The translations under genes were made by a program, and so were the position numbers. A stretch of 28,944 nucleotides of DNA, taken from NCBI GenBank assembly GCA_036397475.1, contig DASWIV010000020.1:1-28944 (forward strand), written 5' to 3'. Positions 23,943-28,944 of the stretch are shown piece after piece; within the stretch, counting starts at the first letter, position 1, and every line of letters starts with the position of its first letter. The notes under the pieces were generated by a model. It saw only the letters and a list, made by a program, of their open reading frames with translations, searched no databases and was not told the DNA's origin. This DNA is from a bacterium. Lineage in GTDB: Bacteria > JAJVIF01 > JAPKYR01.

Positions 23943-25115
23943 CTACGGAATCCGGATTCGCTGTCCTTTTTTCAATTCCTCTTTTGAATAAAAAGTATCC
24001 CGCCAGATTATTCCGCCCCGTCGATATCCAACCCACGCACCCCTTACAAGAATATAAGCCATAATCGCGACACAGACCGGATACACCAGCCCAACCCATA
24101 TGCTCCCATGTCCCCATTTCGACATCGCTACATTTACCGATATAGCCATGATTAGAAGAAGCATCCCTGCCATCCTGAATTCGGGTGTCGGTCCAATTGC
24201 CATAAGTAAAACCGGAGCAAGTTCAACAACAAAAAATATCGCGGCCGATAAAAATCCGGTAATGACGGAATATCCTCCGTGGGTCGCGTACGATCCCCTC
24301 TCTAGCCCGTTAATCATTTCTCTGAGCGATCCGTACCAGTTCACGGTCATGTAATCGCCCGCGCCAAGCACGCCGCATTTACCTCCATGTTTCGCGATCA
24401 TTATCCCGAGCGCGACATCGTCTGCAAGATCCATCTTCAGCCAGTCGAATCCCTCTGTCCTTTCAAACGCCGATCTCCTGACCAGATTGAATCCGCCTAT
24501 TCCAGTGAACGGGCGGAATTTTGTCCACCCGACAGCCCATAACCTGCCTGACACCATGTATGTCCTGACGAACAGGTTGAACATGGCGTTTAGCAGAAAA
24601 TTGTCGCCCCATAACGACGCTGCCACTCCAAGCTGATCGAGGCCGTTACTCTCCAGATGCGCGACCGCCGCCTTCACTGCGTCCGGCGAGTAAAAGACAT
24701 CGGCGTCTGTGAAAAGTAATAATTCACCATTGGCATGCTTTACGCCTTCATTCAACGCATTCTGCTTTCCCATCCAGCCATCGGGTAATTCATCAATCCT
24801 CACATTCTTCAGATTCGGATTCCTCTTCTTTAATCGCTCAATTATTTCGGGGGTGGAATCTGAAGACCGGTCATCAACAATAATAATTTCAAAATCCGGG
24901 TAATCGGAATTCAGCTTCGACTCCGTAGCAGCCTCAAGTCCATTCTCCTCATTCGACGCCGCAACAATAACGGATACTTTCGGATAATTGATGTCGTCCG
25001 AGACGTATTCACCGGTCAATTCCCCCACCCTTATTATGGTAAGCGATGTCAAGACTGTGTAGATCAACCAGTAAATAACGGCAAGAATCAGGATAACTGT
25101 AGATAAAATTACCAA
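23943..25115 (-). CDS. Membrane-anchored family-2 glycosyltransferase (GT-A fold)
   Basis: N-terminal TM, VSVIVAASNEE, the IIIVDDRSSDST and FTDADV DxD-type motifs, and C-terminal TM helices. Confidence 0.8.
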   Translation of the reverse strand: MVILSTVILILAVIYWLIYTVLTSLTIIRVGELTGEYVSDDINYPKVSVIVAASNEENGLEAATESKLNSDYPDFEIIIVDDRSSDSTPEIIERLKKRNPNLKNVRIDELPDGWMGKQNALNEGVKHANGELLLFTDADVFYSPDAVKAAVAHLESNGLDQLGVAASLWGDNFLLNAMFNLFVRTYMVSGRLWAVGWTKFRPFTGIGGFNLVRRSAFERTEGFDWLKMDLADDVALGIMIAKHGGKCGVLGAGDYMTVNWYGSLREMINGLERGSYATHGGYSVITGFLSAAIFFVVELAPVLLMAIGPTPEFRMAGMLLLIMAISVNVAMSKWGHGSIWVGLVYPVCVAIMAYILVRGAWVGYRRGGIIWRDTFYSKEELKKGQRIRIP

Positions 25116-25176
25116 GATATTACTCCAGCCCGAATTATATATCCCTGACTCCTGTTTCTCATATTCCCAAATATTT

Positions 25177-25184
25177 TGTATAAT
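25177..25184 (+). promoter_or_regulatory. Candidate extended -10 promoter (TGTATAAT) with a TTCTCA -35 at 17 bp spacing, upstream of the subtilase gene
   Basis: Seen directly in the sequence, 32 nt upstream of the ATG at 25216. Confidence 0.3.
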
Positions 25185-25215
25185 TTAAATAATCTGTCCC
25201 TGCCTGGATGAAGCC

Positions 25216-27147
25216 ATGAATAATAACAATATCTTCCACCTCCCGTTTCCGGTAGTGCTCTTTCTGGCGACAATTCTTTTAATCCTAATTTCATGCTCCG
25301 AAAGTTCGGTTCAAAACGCTCTCGAACCAGACCATCCTGGTAACCTGAATTACATATATCCCGATGAAAATCCAATGCTTGTCCAGTCAATGGATTATTC
25401 GGGAGGAGTGCGGACTGTGGATGACAAGCCCGCCTATGTTCCCGGACAGGTAAATGTCATCCTCTACGATGACGCTGAAGCTGAACTTGGCGGAAGTTTC
25501 TTTGACGACTGGCCAGTCTCCATCTGGCGGTCAATCCCCTGCGACTGGGGAGTCCTCCACGTCATCGAAATCCTGGACGGCTCTTCCGTTGAGGAAATGG
25601 CATCGCGATTGTCGATGGACTCTCATGTGCGGGTCGCGGAACCGAATTACTACGGATATTTCACTGAAGCGCCCTATGTACCCAACGATCCGCTCTGGGA
25701 AAGCGACACCGATCAGGGCGACGATCCACGCGACACAATGTACGAGCAGTGGGGACCTTCGAAACTTGCGGCGGATATAGTCTGGAACGATACTAAAGGC
25801 GATCCGAATGTGATTGTTGCTGTGATAGACACTGGTGTGCGATTTTCCCACGAGGATCTGACCAACCAGTACTGGATCAATGAAGACGAAATTGACGGGA
25901 ACAATATCGACGATGACGACAACGGCTACATTGACGACTGGCGAGGGTGGAATACATTTGAACACAACAATTTTCCATTTGATAATGACGGATCCAATTA
26001 TTACCACGGGACCGGATGCGCCGGTGTAATAGCGGGAGAGCAGGATAACAGCAAGGGAATCAGCGGCATCGCGCCTGGTGTAAAAATCATGGTCATCCGT
26101 GCCGACATGAACGATGGCCCTACATGTGTCGCAACTGTCGTTGAAGCATGGGATTACGCAAAAACCAATGGTGCGGACATTATCTCGATGTCCTTTATTG
26201 TCCTCTATCCAACAGTGGCGCTTGAAATCGCCGCGACAGATACGTGGGACAATGGCAACGGCCCGATCATGATGGCGTCAGCCGGAAACTATAACAATCA
26301 GGTTCCATACCCGCCTGCCATGTACCCCGAAGTCATCTGTGTCGGCGCGACAGTCCCGTTCTCACGCACGGGTACTCCTGTCGACGAGGATAGAATACAT
26401 GCGGGATGGGCTGGTTATGGATGGGGATCAACCTACGGATCGTTTCTCAACATAATGGGATTCGGCGAGCGGACGTACTCGACTTTCGGTTCCGGGGATT
26501 CGCAGTACTGGGGAATCGGACATCCATGGTTCAACGGAACGTCGTGCGCCTGCCCGACATCCGCTGGCGTAATGGCATTAATGGTTTCGTCGCATCCCGG
26601 CCACGATGGTAACTGGTACTGGGATAGAATCGAGGATACAGCCGACGATCTCAATGTTCTCGGGTTCGATATCCAGACCGCGTGGGGACGAGTCAACGCG
26701 CTGAGAGCTGTGTATGGGTCTGACAGGTGGTCAGACTACGAAGATGACAATGGTTTCATCAAAATGACCGGACCGTTTGTCGACAACGAAGCGATTTACT
26801 GGGTCGACGCTCTTCCGATTGGGGAGGAGATTTACGATTCAATCCACGATGTCGAAACGGACAATCCGTTTTTCGACGATCACGATTACTACGTGATCAA
26901 CAACACTGAAGACTCTCCACTAAGAATATATCTCGACATTTACACATGGGGTGAAAATCTCGACATCGCGGTCTATTCGGATGAAAACCTGACCAGCCTG
27001 ATAGACAGCTCAACGACCGTCAACCACGCGGACAGCAGCTACGAAGAAATTATTCTTCCGGCATTCGTCGGGATAGTTTTCCTGGACGTGTACTCACCTG
27101 CACCTGGTGGCTCAACAACCTATGGACTGATTGTCGAAAATCAGTAA
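25216..27147 (+). CDS. Subtilisin-like serine protease (S8) lipoprotein with an Asp-rich Ca-binding insertion and a C-terminal PPC (pre-peptidase C-terminal) domain
   Basis: Lipobox LISC in the signal peptide. Catalytic triad contexts VIDTGV (Asp), HGTGCAGVIAG (His) and GTSCACPTSAGVMAL (Ser). Insertion NEDEIDGNNIDDDDNGYIDD. C-terminal beta-sandwich (YYVINNTEDSPLRIYLDIYTWGENLDIAVYSDEN...GSTTYGLIV). Confidence 0.9.
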   Translation: MNNNNIFHLPFPVVLFLATILLILISCSESSVQNALEPDHPGNLNYIYPDENPMLVQSMDYSGGVRTVDDKPAYVPGQVNVILYDDAEAELGGSFFDDWPVSIWRSIPCDWGVLHVIEILDGSSVEEMASRLSMDSHVRVAEPNYYGYFTEAPYVPNDPLWESDTDQGDDPRDTMYEQWGPSKLAADIVWNDTKGDPNVIVAVIDTGVRFSHEDLTNQYWINEDEIDGNNIDDDDNGYIDDWRGWNTFEHNNFPFDNDGSNYYHGTGCAGVIAGEQDNSKGISGIAPGVKIMVIRADMNDGPTCVATVVEAWDYAKTNGADIISMSFIVLYPTVALEIAATDTWDNGNGPIMMASAGNYNNQVPYPPAMYPEVICVGATVPFSRTGTPVDEDRIHAGWAGYGWGSTYGSFLNIMGFGERTYSTFGSGDSQYWGIGHPWFNGTSCACPTSAGVMALMVSSHPGHDGNWYWDRIEDTADDLNVLGFDIQTAWGRVNALRAVYGSDRWSDYEDDNGFIKMTGPFVDNEAIYWVDALPIGEEIYDSIHDVETDNPFFDDHDYYVINNTEDSPLRIYLDIYTWGENLDIAVYSDENLTSLIDSSTTVNHADSSYEEIILPAFVGIVFLDVYSPAPGGSTTYGLIVENQ

Positions 27148-28940
27148 TTATAAATAATCCAGCCAAGTTCATCATCGTTCATTAAAGTAACGGAAGTGCC
27201 GTTTATCTCTATCCTTGCGCTTAATTCTCCTAATGAAATTTCCGCGAATGAAATATTTTGGTCGTCCGCTCTTGCCGGAACGAGCACATGTATCCACTGG
27301 CTTGATTCAACCGGCGCGAATGTCGTCCTGAAAAAACACGTTGAATCCCTTTCGTGGATATCCGATTCCTGGCGCTCGATCCTGTCTATACTTTCAATAT
27401 CGCTGGCACCCGTATAATCCAGCCGCGCTCCATTATTCATCATTACCGCCCTGCCCGCCTCAACCATATCCACAGTCCCCGGGCAATGGAATAGCAGTGA
27501 ATGCTCGGCCGGCTCGGAAAATGCGACATTGTCGGCAATTATCAGTACACCGTTTTCTGCGTAGTCAACCTCTCCCGGCTTCAGGTAAATGAAACTTCTC
27601 CTGTAATCTGTTAATGGCTCTGTTGGGTAAAGTCCGGAATTATTTGTCGTGAACTGGACGAAGTGTTCTTCGTCTTTATAGGAGGTGATTTTTCCGGGTT
27701 CGGCGAAATATTTCGGATTGTCGGGGAACAGTTCAAGGTCTTCGTAGCACCCATCGCCGACGATCAATGTGTTGTGCCCCAGACCCGCTTCATAGAGACA
27801 GTTCACGTACGGGTCCCGCCTGATGACATCCGGTCCGCCGCGACCTGGGTCAGAAATCAGAACCTCAGAGTACGCGGCAAGAATGAACGAACCCTGGTCG
27901 AGATGATTGTGGTCATATCCCGCGACACCCGATTTAAGCGCGAGATAGAAGAGATCTTCAATAGGATAGTCGCCATTGGATGGTTCGATTATTTGCCACC
28001 ATGGCTCCGGCATTATAAATCCCCACTCAAGACCTTCTATATATTGCGATTCAAAGAAGTCGGACGATGGGGAATCTAATCCTACAACCGTTCCTTTTCT
28101 TCCATATACCGCTGCTTTGAAAAATGGAATATCGCTCACCATTTCAGGTGGAGACTTTAATTTGTTCACGTATTTGTATGTATCCGAACTAAGATAACTG
28201 GAGAAATCCGTTAAGGCGTTTACTCTTTCCATGTAACTACCTACCGAATAATTCTCTGGCTCATTATCTCCAAAGCACGCGATCTGTTGTCCATCCGGAA
28301 GCGATCCCCATAGTGCCCATTTTATACTGTCTTCAAACCACGGATGCTCATACGGTTCCAATGATGTGTTTCTCTCAAGCGCTAACAGAAAATAACACGC
28401 TGATTGTCCCCAGCAGAAATCCAGGTACGTAAGCCCTTCACGCCATCCGTTCTCGGCATCAAAGGCGTCCATCGACCGATATATTCTCTCCGCGCTATGC
28501 TCCGCAAGCGACTTTGCTTCAGGGACAATGTCCATCAGTAAGATTGCTACCATTCCAGCGGTTGAGTGGAAAGTGACGTAGTAATTCGTGTCTTCATCCA
28601 TCGCCCAGAAATTTATATCGGTGTCGTATTCGGTGACCTTGTACGCAAGCGTGTGAAAGACAGTGTCACGCAATGCAGTCTCTATCATAGTGCGATCTTC
28701 ATCTGAAAATTTATCGTAGAGAAGATCATATACAGCTCCCAGAATATACGCCTGCTGCAGAAATGAGATATTCGCACCCTCAGGATACCTGACTAATTTC
28801 TGGAACTGGGTTAATTGTGGAAGACTCATCTTCACAGCATCCAAATATTTTGCATCGTCGGTTAACAGAAATGCCAATGACCACGCAACAATCGCCGCAG
28901 GGTCTGGCTGCCCACCTGTCTGAGCAACTTCCAACTCCAT
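27141..28940 (-). CDS. Heparinase II/III-like (alginate-lyase-like) polysaccharide lyase family protein; the N-terminus is probably cut by the window edge
   Basis: YDHNHLDQGSFILAAYSEVLISDPGRGG matches the heparinase II/III H.H.D.GSF motif region, and the upstream part is alpha-helical and toroid-like. The first Met is 4 nt from the window end, the frame stays open to the edge and there is no signal peptide. It overlaps the convergent protease gene by 7 nt. Confidence 0.55.
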   Translation of the reverse strand: MELEVAQTGGQPDPAAIVAWSLAFLLTDDAKYLDAVKMSLPQLTQFQKLVRYPEGANISFLQQAYILGAVYDLLYDKFSDEDRTMIETALRDTVFHTLAYKVTEYDTDINFWAMDEDTNYYVTFHSTAGMVAILLMDIVPEAKSLAEHSAERIYRSMDAFDAENGWREGLTYLDFCWGQSACYFLLALERNTSLEPYEHPWFEDSIKWALWGSLPDGQQIACFGDNEPENYSVGSYMERVNALTDFSSYLSSDTYKYVNKLKSPPEMVSDIPFFKAAVYGRKGTVVGLDSPSSDFFESQYIEGLEWGFIMPEPWWQIIEPSNGDYPIEDLFYLALKSGVAGYDHNHLDQGSFILAAYSEVLISDPGRGGPDVIRRDPYVNCLYEAGLGHNTLIVGDGCYEDLELFPDNPKYFAEPGKITSYKDEEHFVQFTTNNSGLYPTEPLTDYRRSFIYLKPGEVDYAENGVLIIADNVAFSEPAEHSLLFHCPGTVDMVEAGRAVMMNNGARLDYTGASDIESIDRIERQESDIHERDSTCFFRTTFAPVESSQWIHVLVPARADDQNISFAEISLGELSARIEINGTSVTLMNDDELGWIIYNY

Positions 28941-28944
28941 GTCA

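Noticed and set aside
25454-26696. ORFs overlapping the subtilase gene on both strands
   Set aside because: The subtilase catalytic motifs define the true frame.
1-28944. CRISPR arrays, integrases, transposases, insertion-sequence inverted repeats, rRNA
   Set aside because: No regularly spaced direct repeats, no recombinase or transposase-like ORFs and no rRNA-like sequence were seen anywhere in the window.

Overview
The window is a 28.9 kb bacterial chromosomal segment of about 50% GC. Its core is a conserved housekeeping block on the minus strand (tlyA, a DUF212/YuiD-like gene, xseB, xseA, folD). Other well-supported genes are a sigma-54-dependent NtrC-family response regulator, an orphan CheY-like receiver, a tRNA-Val(CAC), a PduO-type cobalamin adenosyltransferase, a UvrD/PcrA-family helicase, an NfeD–flotillin operon with an extra short SPFH paralog, a nitroreductase, a DMT/EamA transporter, a membrane GT2 glycosyltransferase, a lipoprotein subtilase (S8) with a PPC domain and a heparinase II/III-like lyase that is probably cut by the window edge. 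Less certain calls are a YfhO-like polytopic membrane protein, a TolB-like beta-propeller protein and a Cys/Trp-free Ser/Thr-rich protein whose termini resemble flagellin D0 helices, with a sigma-28-like motif upstream. The most unusual locus is at 12575-14315. It holds two tandem, clearly paralogous two-gene cassettes, each a pol-beta-type minimal nucleotidyltransferase-fold protein of about 220 aa followed by a tightly coupled 65-68 aa protein, all in one operon downstream of a strong ribosome-binding site. I cannot place this arrangement in a characterised family from sequence alone, and it is the best candidate for an undescribed toxin-antitoxin-like, defence-like or modification module. 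Other items worth checking are a four-copy alternating 9-mer array (CGCCGACAA / TTGTCGGCG) in the 450 nt gap upstream of nfeD–flotillin, phased TGGAAAT repeats upstream of the NTase operon, a 9 bp perfect inverted repeat upstream of the orphan receiver, and a bidirectional terminator. I found no CRISPR array, integrase, transposase or rRNA.
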